A DNA stretch of 64,000 nt from Priapulus caudatus (GCF_000485595.1 NW_014577069.1:553484-617483); one strand, 5' to 3'. Shown: positions 49,301 through 63,884, counted from the first letter of the stretch. Numbers and translations are program-made. Notes: generated from the sequence alone by a model not told the origin.

Positions 49301-49335
49301 GCACGCTCACGCACACGCGTATTTTCACTCGTGCG

Positions 49336-49402
<67 letters not shown>

Positions 49403-49574
49403 CACACACACACACACACACACACGTTCGTGGGTGGTGGTGTTCGTGGTGGTGGTGGTGTGCTGGTGGCAGTTGTGGGTGTTCGTGGTGGTGGTGGTGG
49501 TGGTGGTGCAGTTGTGTGGTGTTCGTGGTGGTGGTGGTGGTGGTGGTGGGGGGGGGTGTCCGGCGGCGGCGCGA

Positions 49575-50726
49575 CGACGAACGACGACGGACGACGATGT
49601 TGATGGAATAATTTGTGGCGATGATTGATATTCATAAATTTTGTACGTTCATAAAAACAACATAAAAGGGGGGGGGGGGGGGGGGGGAGAGAAATCTTAC
49701 AGTTCCTTTGCGCGATCGTAGTTCTCGCGTCGAGTTGATAAAACCAAGTTGCGACAGCCTCGAATTTCTTTGAGCTAAATCGTAATCAAGGCCTGGCCCT
49801 GCCCACGAAGCCGCACAAGAAAGCCTAGAAAGCATTCGGCGGAATTCTTTTCCTTGCGCTGGACAAACGATATTATGCGCACTCAGGGTACTGCCCCTCC
49901 TCTGCCCTTTCCTCCTCAATCTCCCTACTAATTCCTTAGTCGTCGATCAAAATAAAGCAGTATACAGTCCCGCGGACTGCCCCTAAATTCGAATTATCGC
50001 GGTGCGACACCCGTTCTCTCTTCGGACGCGGCCAAGCACAGGCCAGTCCGCTCGCAGCATCCGCCCAGCTCCTTGACCTCCCAATTGCAACCAGTTTTTC
50101 ATGCGCAGTGATGGTATAACGCGGGGCGCGAGACGCGCCTCGCCTCGACAATGTGGTAGGTGTGGGCTCGTAATGCTATGTGTCGCGTGTGCGGTCCGCG
50201 CGGTCGCACATTTCAGAGTCGTCTGCGGACTGCGGTTGCTTAATCGTGTGTGTCCCAACGGCCCGCCGTGCAGCAAACAAGAGAGACTATGAAGAGAGAG
50301 AGAGAGACGCAGAGACGAGAAAGAGAGCCGCGCCGAGAGTACATGGACAGGAAACTTGGGCATCCTCTGTTTGGCTTGCCTCCTTCAAGCAAATTGGCTT
50401 ATCGGTCACGTTATGGGTCCTGCGGAGATTTTCTCGATTTTGAAAGTTTGATGGTATTTTGGACCGCTTTTTTCCCACGCGAGTCTTTGGAGGTGTAAAA
50501 ACCACCAAGATGGAAGAACGGTCTGGCAATAAGAAATTTAGTATTAGATAGCATTGCCGTTTGATGTCGCAGCAGTCATGATGTGAATACGTGTCTGCGT
50601 GGCGTTTTGTTCGGACGCAGCTGCGTCGGTGTCTTGTGTAGTGCGCGAGCGCGCGTGCAGCCGTGAATATATTATAGTCTAATGCGCGCGCGCGTGTGTT
50701 TCGTGTGTGCATGTGTGTTGTGTGCT

Positions 50727-50767
<41 letters not shown>

Positions 50768-53700
50768 TGTGTGTGCCTTCCGCGCGCTTGTCTCGCTGTC
50801 TCGGATGCGATCCATTTTTCTATAAAACTCCATAATGGTCAATACTATATGCAAAAAGGTGCCGAACGGAAATGCCCTGAAAGTGCACTTGCGCGACAGG
50901 TTGACTTAAGAGAGAATCCCGCAGTTGCTCATCGGGGCATGTTATTTCAAACCTGGCTGTAAGTAATGATATAGTGCTCTCCAAATATGTGAGGCTCGCC
51001 CCCTCGCTCGGTCGAAGATATTATATCCTGGAAGAACAAGAACATCAGGTGGGGCCACAGGGAACATGTGCGCACGAAATCAGTCGAATACTACGTTTCT
51101 AACGGCCTCGAGGCTCAAAACGACGATTCAGCATTTTCGCACCTCGTTTTCTACACACTTCTCCGCCCGGTAATGGCTATGAAATTACTTCTTGGCTCGA
51201 ATATGAAATTGACAGCATGAAGCACCAAAATAGGGTCGCATGCCATTGACAAGCTTGCGTGTATAATCTCATGGAGGGCGATATAGTCTACGGTTCGGCT
51301 GTAATATGAGAATCGTTGGCATGGCGGTTTTTCTGCTACACGTTATATAAATCTAATCTCTTTAGGCTCAATTACCGTGTTCGGACTAAGGGCAACGGTT
51401 GCGGCCAAGTCCCACGGTGCATTGGCTAAACACAAACATAAAATATTGACGTCATGTATGGCTTGCCTCTCCTTCTCTTTCTTTACGTCAGCCCGCCCCC
51501 TCGTTTCACCCTCTTTCTCTCTCTCTCTCTCTTGTCTCTCTCTCTCGTCTCCTGCTCTCTTCTCTCCTCTGCTTTCTTTTCTCTCTCTCTTTCTCTGCTC
51601 TTCTCCTCCTTTATTTCTCTCCCTTCTTCTCACGCGCTATCCTTTTCTCTCTCTNNNNNNNNNNNNNNNNNNNNNNNNNTGTTCGTGGTGGTGGTTGGTG
51701 GGGGGGGGGGGGTTTCGGACGTGGCGGGGCAGGCGACGACGACGACGACGACCGATGATGATGATATGGCCGATGATTGATATAAGTAGAATTTGTACGG
51801 TTATAAAAAACAACATAATCGAGGAAGAAATCTTACGAGTTCTTTTCGCCGGATCGTAGTTTTTCGCCGATTAGAATAACAAGGCTGCGACAGCTTCGAA
51901 TTTCTTTGAGCTTAATGTAATCAAGCTGGCCTGCCACGAAGCCGCCGGCACAGAAAGTCCTAGGAAAAGCGATGCGGCGGATGTGTCTTTCTATGTGTCC
52001 TGGGCATCTCATATTTAGTGCGCAAATAGGGTACTGCCCCTCTCTCCATCCCTCTTTCCTCCTTCATCTCCCTCGTTATTCTAGTCGTTCGCCTTCATAA
52101 AACAGTATGACATCCTCTGGACTCCTAAATTCCGATTGTCGCGTGCGACAATCCCGTATCTCTCTCGGACGCGGACAAAGCGAGAAGTGACCAGTCGCTC
52201 GCCGTATCCGTCCGCAGAAGCTGCTTACCTATTGCACACAGTTTCTCTTGCGCGTGTGTGTATACGCGTAGGCGCCGAGAGACGCGCCTCGCTCCTGCGA
52301 CAATGTGGTGGTGTTGTGAGCGCTTTCGTGGATGCTATGTGTGCTAGCTGTGCCGGGTCTCCTGCGCGTGCACTAGTTTAGATGTTAGTCTGCGCACTGT
52401 TCGTGCTGTCATTCGTTTGTGGCTGCCATAACGGCCCCGGACCGGTGATGCAAAACGAAGGAGAGACTATGGACGAGAGGAGAGAGAGAGGAGGATGAGG
52501 AAGAGTAGCCGCCGCCGCAAGAGCTACATGGCTCGGAAATTGTCCGGGCATCTCTGTTTGGCTTCCATATTCAGCCAAGATGGGGCTTATCGTCAAACGT
52601 TATGGGTCCTTCTTTTTTAGGCGGGATTTTCTCGCATGACATAGTTTGATAGGTAGTGATTGGAAACGTTTTTTTCGCCACGCGGGAGTCTTTGGAGGTG
52701 GAAAATCCATAAGAATGGGAAAATGAATGGTCTCTGGCAAGAATTGTTAGTTTTAGAGTAGATATTGACCTTTGTAGATGTGCACGAGTGCATGGTAGTG
52801 TGGAATAACATGTGTCTGCGGTGCGCTTTGTTCGCCATGAGTGCCTGTGTCTGTGTGTGCTGATGCGCGCGGTGGGCCCGTGCAATAAATAAATAAATAT
52901 ATATTAATATATATTATATATATATATATATTATAATATATTATTGCCGCGCAGCTGTGTGTTTGCGTGGCCGCATTGTGTCTCGCGAATGCGATCGCAT
53001 TTGTATAAATAGCTCAATAATGTCATAACTATATATGCAAAAAGGGTCGACGAGAATTGATGCCGAAAGCTGCACTTGCAGCGAATGGGTTGACTTTAAG
53101 AGAAGATCCCGCAGTTGTCATTCGCGGGTGCATGTTATTTCAACCTGGCTGTATTAGTACATATATAGTTGCTCCTTCAAATGATATTGTGTAGTGTCTC
53201 CCCTCGTCTCAGTTTCGAAGAATATATTATCCTGGCAAACAGACATTCAGGTGGCGCACTAGGGACAGTGGCAGCAACATCCAGTCGAATAGCTACCGTT
53301 TCATACCGCGCACTACGATGATTCAGAACGACCGATTCAGACATTTCGCACCTCGGCTTTTCTACGACCTTTCCGCCCCGCAGGTAATCTATGATTACTT
53401 CTTGCTCGATATGAAATGACAGATGATGGCACAAATAGTCGCATCGCGTATGACGAAGTTGCGTGTATAATTCATGAGCGAGTATAGTCTAGGTTCGGCT
53501 GTATATTGATGAATTGATGTGGATGGGGTTTTCTGCTGTACATGTAATAAATAATAATTCTTTTAGCCTCAATTGACGTGTTGGGACTAGTAGGGGACGG
53601 TATGCGCCGAGTCCGTTGCATTTGGCTAAACACAACATAAATATTGACGTCATGTATGGCTTGCTCTCTTCTCTTCTTTACTCGCGCCGCTCGTTCAGCT
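49575..53700. repeat. Two noisy tandem copies (49575-51500 and 51735-53700) either side of an N gap; the first ~1.1 kb of each is an inverted copy of 45930-46950
   Basis: aatcaagctggcctgccacgaagcc at ~51919 and a variant at ~49783 are the reverse complement of 46759-46783; gatcccgcagttg occurs at ~50915 and ~53105. Confidence 0.88.
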
Positions 53701-53769
53701 CTTTTCCTCTTTCTCTCTTCTTTCTCTCTCTCTCTCTCTCTCTCTTCTTTCTTTCTCGCGCGCTCTCTT

Positions 53770-53821
<52 letters not shown>

Positions 53822-53938
53822 TCGTCTCTCTCTTAGTCTATCTACTTCTCTCTCTTTTTCGTCTCTCTCTCTCTATCATATCTATCATCTCTAATCTCTG
53901 CATCTCTCCTCTCCTCTCCTCTCTCGCCTCTTTTCTCG

Positions 53939-53985
<47 letters not shown>

Positions 53986-54425
53986 TCTCTCTCTCTCTCT
54001 GCTCTTCTCGTCGTCTCTCTCTCTCTCGCTCTCTCCTCTCTCTCGATCATCTCGCTCCTGCGGTCCTTCTCTCTCTCTTTCTCTATCGTATATTGTCCTC
54101 TCTATTTCGTATCTACTACTATTATTATCTATCTATTCTATCTATCTCTATCTATCTTATCTATTCTATCTATCTATTCTATCCATCTATCTATCTTATC
54201 TATCTATCTATTCGTATCTATCTTCTATCTATCTATCTACTCTATCTATCATCGTATCTATCTATCTATCTCTACATATCTATCTGATCTATCTATCTAT
54301 TATCTATCGTTTTCTATCTATCTATCTATCGAATTATCATATCACTATCATCTATCTATCTATCTATCTTATCTATCGTTAGTCTATCGTATTATCTATC
54401 TACTATCTATCTAGTCTATCTATCG

Positions 54426-54459
<34 letters not shown>

Positions 54460-54565
54460 GTCTATCTATCTAGTCTATCTATCTACTATCTATCTATTTC
54501 TTATCGTAGTTCTATCGTATCTATCTCCGTATTATCTTAGCTATTCTCTATCTCTATCTATCTAG

Positions 54566-54598
<33 letters not shown>

Positions 54599-54983
54599 AC
54601 TATCTATCTATCTATCTATCTATCTCTATCTACTTCTATTACTATTCTATCGTATCTATCTTTATCTATCTATCTTTATCTTCTATCTATCTATCTTATC
54701 TTTATCTATCTATCTACTCTATCTATCTAGATCTATCTTTCTGATCTATCTATCTAGTCTAGTCTTATCTATCTGATCTAATCTATCGTATCTATCTTAT
54801 CGTTTATCTATCTATCTAGTCTATCTATCTATCTATTCTTATCTTGTCCTATCTATTTATCTATCTATTATCTATCTATCTATCTATTAATCTATCTCTC
54901 TCTCTTATTCTATCTCTCTCGTCTCTCTCTCTCTAATCTGTCTATCTATCTATCTAATCTATGCTATCTATCTATCTATCTAT

Positions 54984-55024
<41 letters not shown>

Positions 55025-55113
55025 TTATCTATCTCTATCTAATCTATCTATCTTTTTATCTATCTATCTTTGTCTATCTAATCTTATTTATCTATTTCTC
55101 TACTCTCTCCTCA

Positions 55114-55148
<35 letters not shown>

Positions 55149-55212
55149 TTCTCGCTTATCTATCTATCTATCTCTCTCTCTTCTCTCTCTCTCTCTCTCT
55201 CTATCGTCTCTC

Positions 55213-55243
<31 letters not shown>

Positions 55244-55245
55244 CC
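53700..55245. repeat. Compound (TC)n-(TCTA)n-(TC)n microsatellite block
   Basis: Direct. Confidence 0.95.
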
Positions 55246-55463
55246 AGCGATGTCCTCGCGCTCGCTCGCCTCGCATTATCGTCTTTTCTCTCCATTTATT
55301 TCTCGCGCTGTCGCCTTTCATTCTTCGTATTGCATCAGGGGTTAATAATGGGACAAATTATGAAACCATGATGGCATGTAGTACACATATTCATGTACCC
55401 ACACCCCATCTTACGCCCTCGTGACGACTCACACAACGCATGCACATGAAAGCATACTGCGCT

Positions 55464-55521
<58 letters not shown>

Positions 55522-56744
55522 ACACACACACACCACACAACACACACACACATACACACACACACACACGCCCCAAACGATATTACCCCCCTACCGACGC
55601 ACGCACACACGCTACGCACCTTCGCAAATTAATGTTCATTCCGATTATTAGGTAGCTTCCTTTCGATCGCGCTGTTCTGGTCGATACATAACCTCATTTA
55701 ACATAGTATAACGCCTTATTAAAGACACCATTCTCGTAGGCGCCGGATCCTATGCCGGAATAATTTGCTAGGCAACTTGAACAATAATTATAGCTCATAC
55801 TAATGGCGAGGAAGACTTTAGCGCCGCCATGGCTGAGTTTTCAACTCATTTCAATCGTCCTCGTAGCTTAAGCGGGACAGCTAGGCGTCAGGGGCGTTTG
55901 GCGACTCTGGCCGAGTCTCTGATATGACAGTGGGGCACTTCAGTGAGTTGAAATGCTTGCACGTGACCCATGGGGTCTTCAAAGCAGGCTGGAGACCGAT
56001 GGTCAACGCTTAGTCGATGCGAAGTTGAACAGAAAGCCTTGCGTGGATTTTTTGACACACAGATTTGGGCGATTATCTTAGCACGGCGTGAGCTACGGAT
56101 CGCGCGGCGCGCGCGGCGGGTGGGTGTGTGTGTGTCGTGTGGCCTGTACCACCATCACCACCACCTAAACCACCACCACCACCTAAACCACCACCGCCTA
56201 AACCACCAACCACCACCAACCACCACCACCACCACCACCACCACCACGAACAACAAAAACAACAGCAAACCATATACAGTCTACGGTAAAGCATTTAAAT
56301 ATTGCTCTCAACGTACGAGCTATTACCTATGACGAACTTGAGAGCATGTTGAACGTAGCGCAATAAATGTTTTCTATACCGGTGTGGAAACAGGAAAGAG
56401 AAAACATTCGTTTTCCGAATAAATGAAACGACGTGTATTTTCTCAGTATAACTCCACGGAAAATATCTTTAAAGATGTCGACGTTTCTAGTCGAATCGCG
56501 TGTTATCGTTTCACATTTCTTGACGTATATGAACTCGTATAATGACTTCCGAACGTCGCGAATATTCGCGTCACTGGTACATAAAATGTCGCCGTGTCAC
56601 AAGCAGGATGTACTGATAGACACTCGGTTTTACATCGATATCCTATCCAGCCTATCGCAGTAATAATCTACTGTCACAGTTCAAAGCCATACCGCATCAG
56701 CAATATTATTATAGAGCCTTCGCCATGTTTTCATTTGACGGGGA

Positions 56745-57275
56745 AGAGGAACGAGAACGACAAGAAAACATATAAAACGAAGAAGAAGAAGCCGCGGGCA
56801 ACACGCGACAGAAGAAGAAGAAGGAGGAGGAGGATTAGGAGGAGGAGGAAGAAGAGGAATAAGAAGAAGACGAAGAAGAAAAAAGTAGAGAAGATGAAGA
56901 TGAGGAAGAAATCGAAGAGAAAGAAGAAAAGTTTATAAAAAAAAAGTATGATAGAATTTCATCTTTCATCACAAACACAAGTTGTTCTATCAGCTGTCAC
57001 GGGTACCATATCACGATTTATACATCTAGCATGTTAAATCTGGTTAAGGCAAGAAGTAGAGACGAAGAAATGGGAAGATGTCAAAAGAGGAAAAAAGAAG
57101 ATTACGACGATGAAGACGAAGACAAATTCCAAAAGGAAGACGAAGATCAAGATGATGATGAAGGAGGAGGAGGAGGAGGAGGAGGAGGAGGAGGAGACGG
57201 AGGGGAAGGAGAAGAGTATAGAAAGGAGTAGAAGTAGTATGATGATAAAGAGGAGAAGGAGAAGAAGAAGGGGAA
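56745..57275. repeat. Purine-rich (GAA/GGA/GAT)n low-complexity tracts
   Basis: Direct. Confidence 0.8.
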
Positions 57276-58455
57276 AGTATGCACACGCATTCTTAATTTA
57301 TAATTTATCTGACTCTAGAGGCAATTACACCGATTGAAACCTTAGCCCTGAGTACCATATAGCCGACCTGCATACAGAAACATTTAAGGGTGCATATGGC
57401 TTTGCAGTATCGCACTGTTGCAGTGAAGAGTGCAATGTTAACCTATATTTTTTCTGTCGTGCTTGTCCTGGCAGGCAGAATGGTCCTAGTCAGAAGCACA
57501 GTATTTACCCAAATTGAACGTTTCTCTTGAAGTATAAGTATATAGGCACGCACGCCCGCATACCCGCACAAAACTCATTAAACTCGTGCAAATACAGAAT
57601 ATCGTACTGTAGTACAACGTAGGATGTCTCCCCTCTAAACTTACCGTACTTATATTATAAAGAGCCATCTTTAATAGCTACAGATTATCGCACTTGTCCA
57701 AGAATAGCGGCGCATTAATTAGGTTTAGGGTATATAGGTAGACGGGCGACAGTGTGTGCAGCATGGAACTAATGTGGGTTACCGAAGCATCGCCGAGATG
57801 GGATCTTTATAAGGCTTAAGAAGGCATACACATAATTGATAATGACGCTGAAAGGAAATCTTGATTCTATGTTCCCTTGATTCAATCACATGCAGGCACA
57901 TACCGCGGCTGAGTAAGATACGGTCAATTTTCTGAGCTCTTTGATTGCGGATACTGCGTGCGTACCTCTTAGACACAGCATCACACAGTGAAAATAGTAG
58001 TGCGATGTCAGTATAGACAGGCTGGCTCTCTGCTTTTGGCTGTCGACTTCAGTTTAAAATAGAGAAATGTGAGCGGTTTTTTGGAGTATGACTAGCAGGT
58101 AAACTTACGCGCATGCCTCCGCTAGCTGGCACTAGACATACATACACTAACCCTTTTTTTATTTCCTGCTGGGATATGATAGAGGGCTGATGTTATTCAG
58201 TCTGCTGGCGACTCGCTTTCACGCGCCTAACACTATAATATTTGTATAGAATGTAGCCAAATGACTTTTTGTTAATCTCCAAATATACATTAACGGCTGC
58301 ACGTGAGTCGGCTCAAAATGTTGAGAAAAGTAATCCGGGGAACGATCAGTACGTGCTCTCACGCGCACTGAATGATTATACTTCGCGTGTCAACGATCAC
58401 TCCTACGTAAGCCGGATATGTTCACGCTACATCAATTTCAGATTTACGCACATCT

Positions 58456-58487
<32 letters not shown>

Positions 58488-58496
58488 CATACATAC

Positions 58497-58555
<59 letters not shown>

Positions 58556-59891
58556 TATGGGGTGCGCGTGTGGGCATGTGTGAGAGCTCGCGCGTGTGTA
58601 GACTGAGGCGAACTGATGACCAGCATGGTCTGCAAATCCACGTCTTTTCAGCGACCACCAGGTGACACTGCTCAATTGACACTATACCAGGAAAACTTCA
58701 GCAAAAGGAACGCTGTGTGCATCGACTCAACGCATTTTTTTAAACGTAAACAATGTTGTTATCCCGCCTCACTAATATTATTTTGTTATTACTCATATTA
58801 CGTAGCTACATAAGCAGTTGGCGCGATAGCATTAAAAAAATTCCATGACATTCGTGAATCTGTATATACGATATTGCCGCTCTGCGCGTTCATACTACTT
58901 ATTCTCTTATTATGCGAGTCATGGTCAGATAATTAAAACATTTTTCAGCTGATTGCGTGCGAATTAGTTAAGATAGGTTCTTAATTACGATCGTCATCAT
59001 TAATTGACATGCAACCACAATTCATGACTTATTATAGACAGCTTTTGTGGTTCACATTAAAATTTATTACCAACCTGTTGACAGCGATTTTAATTTAAAG
59101 AAGGAGTAAACAGTAAAAGAGTACATCACGGAAAATACCCAGCGCGCGTAATAAACTAAAGAAGCGCTAAAACAATACATACAGAGACGTCGTATTTACA
59201 GAGATAATAAATGTTCAATTACGTATCATTATATCGTTAGTACAAGGTATGTTAAAATAATGTAGGTTTCCCACGTACTTGACCGCGAGCATAGTATTCT
59301 GATGTCATGAAATCAGAAACACTTTCGTCTAATCACACGCTTAATATCATCCTAAATACCAAACAGCATATAATGTTTAAGATGACTATAAAACAAGACT
59401 CTCGCGTCATTATTTAGGATGTCCCTCGTGAATATAATATCAAGAGCTAATAAATACCTATATAGGTATTTATTAGCTCTTGATAATATCCATGATGGAT
59501 TTCATCAATGACTATGTAAATATTTCACATCCCTCACGATTTCGTCCGCGAAATATTTGCTCGAGCGCATTTCGCCGGAATTTGCACGTAAACGAGATCA
59601 CTAGAGCGAATGCAATTTTACAGATTTTAACTGGTCATCAACCCGTAGACTGGCTGTGCAGGATGTCACTAACCATCATCGCTGTGCCCTTGGCCACTAT
59701 TAGCAGCAGCGCTAAGTCCAAAGCTTTTTCTTCCACTTAATCGAACCTAAGTGGCTAAGACCTGCTAAAATAGTCTGGCTAGCATACATCAGTTGGTTTT
59801 CATCACTCTCACTTGCGAGATGCAGACACGGCTGCATGCAGGAAATCCGCATCACAACAGACGCCGAGACTTCGTTAACGCAAATGCCTGA

Positions 59892-61445
59892 CTATACCTG
59901 ACTATCGGTGGCGGGCGGCTTACTCACGACAACGTAGATTATTGGTTCATCTTCCTTCTTAGGCGCCGCCGTGCGCCCGTTGGCATTCGATAGTTCCAAG
60001 TTGGCATAGTTGAGATTCTCGACATTTTTGCTACGCGGATCAGCTATCGGCTCGCCAGTCTCCGACGCACGACGTACTCTGTACACGCTCTCAAACTCCG
60101 TCGCCAGAGGGTGCTTCTGTAGGTCCTTCCTCAGCTTATCCGGGGTCGAGCACATCTTTGTATCTTCGTTGCTCGGCGGTGGCTTAATGCTCGCCTCGTT
60201 GTCACCATCCGGGACCTTAGCCTTGCTGTCCATCGCATAATTATAGACGCCGCTCGATGGCCTATAGCTGACATTCGCGTCCACTTTCTCCTCGTCGGGT
60301 TGCTTTTTCGATTCGAAGCACAACATCTTCTTTACGTACATGAAAGCGACAATCAAAACGGCAACTAGAATTACGACGATGATCGGCACGACGGTGGCGG
60401 CGACGCGGGTCGTGCTGCTTTCGACGGCCACCGTTATCGCTACGCGATTAACGGACGCGTACTGCGCGACGCTGCTGTCGACCTCGCACCAATACTCGCC
60501 ACTATTCTCTCGCGTCACGCCGTCGACGACAAGTAGCCGTTCGTTGTCCGTCCACAGCGTCGTGTCGTCGCCGTCCGTCGGCGTGAAGTGCCACGTGACG
60601 CGCGGCGGCGGGTTTCCTCGCGCTTCGCATCGCAGCTCCATGCGTTCTCCCTCGGCGAGCGCGCTCGAAGCGCTGGCGCTGAGGACGTTGACGATGGCGT
60701 TCAGGTAGTAGACGTTGACGGTCACCTGCAGGCGTTCTTCGACGTTGTCGGTGACGGCGAGCGAGAATTCGTCGGCGCTCACCAGCGCGTCGCAGCGCAG
60801 TAGCGCGCCGTTGTCGTCGGGGTGAAACGCGTACGACAGCCGACTCGTCGTCGTCGTCAGCTGCTGCGTCTCGCCGACCGTCAGCGTCACGTTCGCGTGC
60901 TCGCTCACGTCGCGTCCGTCCAGCGTCCACGTGACGCTCGCCGCCGGGTTGCTGTTGGCGACGATGCACGTGAAGTTTTCCGGTTCGAACGCCGCTAGCG
61001 CCACCTCGCCGTGCGTCGCGACGGTGTCGTAGTACAAGCTGATGTTCTCTGGCGGCATCACGATCGTCAGCATCACGGCGCTCGAATCGTAGAAGTCTCC
61101 GCCGAACACGGACCACTGGCAGTAGTAGTAGCCGTTGTCGTCGATCGTCGTGTTCGAGATCAGAAGGCTCCAGTCTCCATTCTCGTGGCTCGCGTCGACG
61201 TAGCGGTACCGGCTCGCGCTTCGCACGTTGATGTACTGCTGGCGATCACGTCGGTACCACAGCGCGCCCGTCGCCGCGACGCCGTCAAACGTCGGCTCGA
61301 TGACGCATCGCAGTTCGACGTCGTTGCCCTCTCGTAGCGCCGTCACGGGACTCGACGTCGGCTGCTCGACGAACTGTCCGCGCGCGTACGTCGCCAGGAG
61401 GACGACGACAATTACGCAACACACAGGCAGCGCTGCAGTCGTCAT
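59892..61445 (-). CDS. Single-exon immunoglobulin-superfamily type I membrane protein (signal peptide, V-set, C2-like, I-set-like Ig, TM, Tyr-motif tail), 517 aa
   Basis: Uninterrupted ORF; VELRC..WY..DNGYYYC, NFTC..SNPAASVTW..LLRC, MELRCEARGNPPPRVTW..NSGEYWC; hydrophobic VVPIIVVILVAVLIVAFMYV; LNYANL, IIYVVV, terminal DSQV. Confidence 0.95.
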   Translation of the reverse strand: MTTAALPVCCVIVVVLLATYARGQFVEQPTSSPVTALREGNDVELRCVIEPTFDGVAATGALWYRRDRQQYINVRSASRYRYVDASHENGDWSLLISNTTIDDNGYYYCQWSVFGGDFYDSSAVMLTIVMPPENISLYYDTVATHGEVALAAFEPENFTCIVANSNPAASVTWTLDGRDVSEHANVTLTVGETQQLTTTTSRLSYAFHPDDNGALLRCDALVSADEFSLAVTDNVEERLQVTVNVYYLNAIVNVLSASASSALAEGERMELRCEARGNPPPRVTWHFTPTDGDDTTLWTDNERLLVVDGVTRENSGEYWCEVDSSVAQYASVNRVAITVAVESSTTRVAATVVPIIVVILVAVLIVAFMYVKKMLCFESKKQPDEEKVDANVSYRPSSGVYNYAMDSKAKVPDGDNEASIKPPPSNEDTKMCSTPDKLRKDLQKHPLATEFESVYRVRRASETGEPIADPRSKNVENLNYANLELSNANGRTAAPKKEDEPIIYVVVSKPPATDSQV

Positions 61446-63884
61446 GGTCGCTTTGGCGTATTTCCTGGCTGACTACGTTAAACGGACACTATTTGGCTCG
61501 CACGTACGTGGCGTATTCCCTTATCACTGCTAAACGGACGATAGCCTTTGCGATAGCTCGGGGGTCGGTTCGAAAATTACTAGATGTTCTAATGCAATCA
61601 GGCGAGGCGCTTTCGCTTATATACGTCGGTCGGCCTTGATAGCAAAAACGCGCCGAATAGAAACCTGAAGGGAAACCCGCGGCAGTAATCTAGCGCGTAG
61701 ATTCGCTGTTGTTACAATAGTTATAGGGGAGAGTGAGCAGGCCCGTGCGGCCGCTGCACGACCTATCCGCTACGTCGAGTTTGTTTGCGTACCAATTATC
61801 ATTAACCTCGCAGCTACAACAAGCAGAGAAACGGGCTTCGCCCTGTCCTGTTCACTGATTTCACTGTCGGACGCGTACAGAGAGAGTTGTCCGTGTATTC
61901 GAAATATATGCCACACGGTAACGTTAATGATTACCGCTCCTGCTCGTAACGGCCGCTAGGGCCTACTCACCAGAAGGTAGTCACGTCAGTGTAGCGAACG
62001 CAGTCAAGCGTAACATGACGACTGGTATTATACAGGTTAGCCACACGGGTGAAAGTCGTTTTTATAGGCGGTTGCTGTAATTCTTGTACATATTAACATA
62101 AACAGTAATCGCTAGCATGATGATGATGATGTTTATTACTGTCTATTTCTCGTAATGTTATATAGTATTTGGCTGAGAATAATATTATAACACGATTTAA
62201 CATGAATATATGCTGTCAGATTTACTAATGCTAGTAACGAATATATCGGTATACCTAAATGTCATGGGTAATAAATGGATTTAATCATAATGTTTTGAAA
62301 CATATTTATAGAAAATTTATTGTTACTCAGATGTATACATCTGTAGGAGGTTGCGTATTTTATTAGGATAGTTAAACGATCGCTTACCGGTGACAACGAC
62401 ATTACAGCAACACTATGATAGTACGGATAACGATATAGTTCGATATCATGTACGAGCACTGTTGTAGACGCGTTATAACGGCATCTGAAAGCGCAGGTTT
62501 TTAAATCGATTTAGGATGCATTTAATATAATAGATATGTCTGTCATCCCGTGATAACAGTCCCCATATAATTTAGCACTGTCAAACTATATATGGCATTT
62601 AAGGTGTCCAAAAGTCGATTGTATATGTGGAACAAATTAAACCACCTTCCATTTTTCAGACAACTGCCTATTCAAGCAATTCAACAAGCTTAATTTACCT
62701 CGATTATTATTGGCAAAAGCTGAAATGAACATGGATTAAAAAACCGTTCATTGAAATATATATACAAACTACTTTAAGGCACCGTGACATTGATTGATGC
62801 ATGTATAGGAGATTTAACGACGCCGTTTAATGGAATTGCGTCTCTGTACACTGTTAGGCGTAATGAAATTGTGAAATTTATAAGAAAACGCAATTGCTAC
62901 TGACACACAAATTTATTATAACGACTTCTATTAAACTTCTCGTGGCACATAGGAGAAAGAGCGAGGATAACAGACGAATACCTAAAAATAAAAAGAGAAA
63001 CGCGACAAATTGGAAACGCCAATGGAGAAGTTATAATATGGATAATTGGAAAAAATATAGGGGTTAGAGAAAGCCAAGGTCGGGGGAAATTAGGGGAATG
63101 GGGATAATCACTCGAGAAAGGGAAAATTAAGCGAGAGAAAGTAACCACTATAAAAGATGTGAGGAGAAGTGAAATAATGAGGACAGCTGAAACGTTCGCG
63201 GGCCAATAGAAACAAAATACTAACGACACGTGGAAATGAATGTCGATCTCAACAGAGCTAGCTTAATGCTACACCACTCTGAAATAAATTTCGTAAGCGC
63301 GATTCAGGCACATATTTCTGGTACCGGTTACCTAAACGGTTACCGTTTTATTAGTAATCAGGTCCTGCATGCTCCTACCCAAACAGGACGAGCATGTATG
63401 CATGCATGAGAACAGGCTGCAAGCGGGCACGAGCTTTGTTTGGCTATTGGGGTTCCCCGCTCCACGCGCTAGCATCAGCGGTTTATTGATACAAGTTTTC
63501 CATTACTATAGTTTCGCTTGCGCTCAGCTTTCCTTTCTCTGCCTCCTATGTCCGTCTTCACATTTGCCTAACAATAAGAAATAGAAAGTAAACGTTTTCT
63601 CGTACTTCCTCTCATTCAATTCTGCCATTATTTCCCGATCTTCCGTGAATATCTTGCTTATCACAACCACATGCTATTATTCGACGGTTGTATTTTACTT
63701 TTTCTTATCTCTTCCGCCTCTCCTTTCCCAGTCGGTTCAATCTCATTATTATTCTTTTCGTCGTTTGTGATTTCTCTACTTCCTATATACTAATATATGT
63801 TCTTAATTGTTTTGCCCTTGCTCTTGTTTCGTATACTCATCCGTGTCCCATTCCGTACTCGCGTTTTGTTACATTCCTCTATTT

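Noticed and set aside
56594..57337. Lys/Arg- and Glu/Gly-rich ORFs
   Set aside because: Trinucleotide purine low-complexity sequence.
60340..61533. Overlapping ORFs on the plus strand and in alternative frames of the Ig gene
   Set aside because: Shadow ORFs caused by high GC3 of the real CDS.
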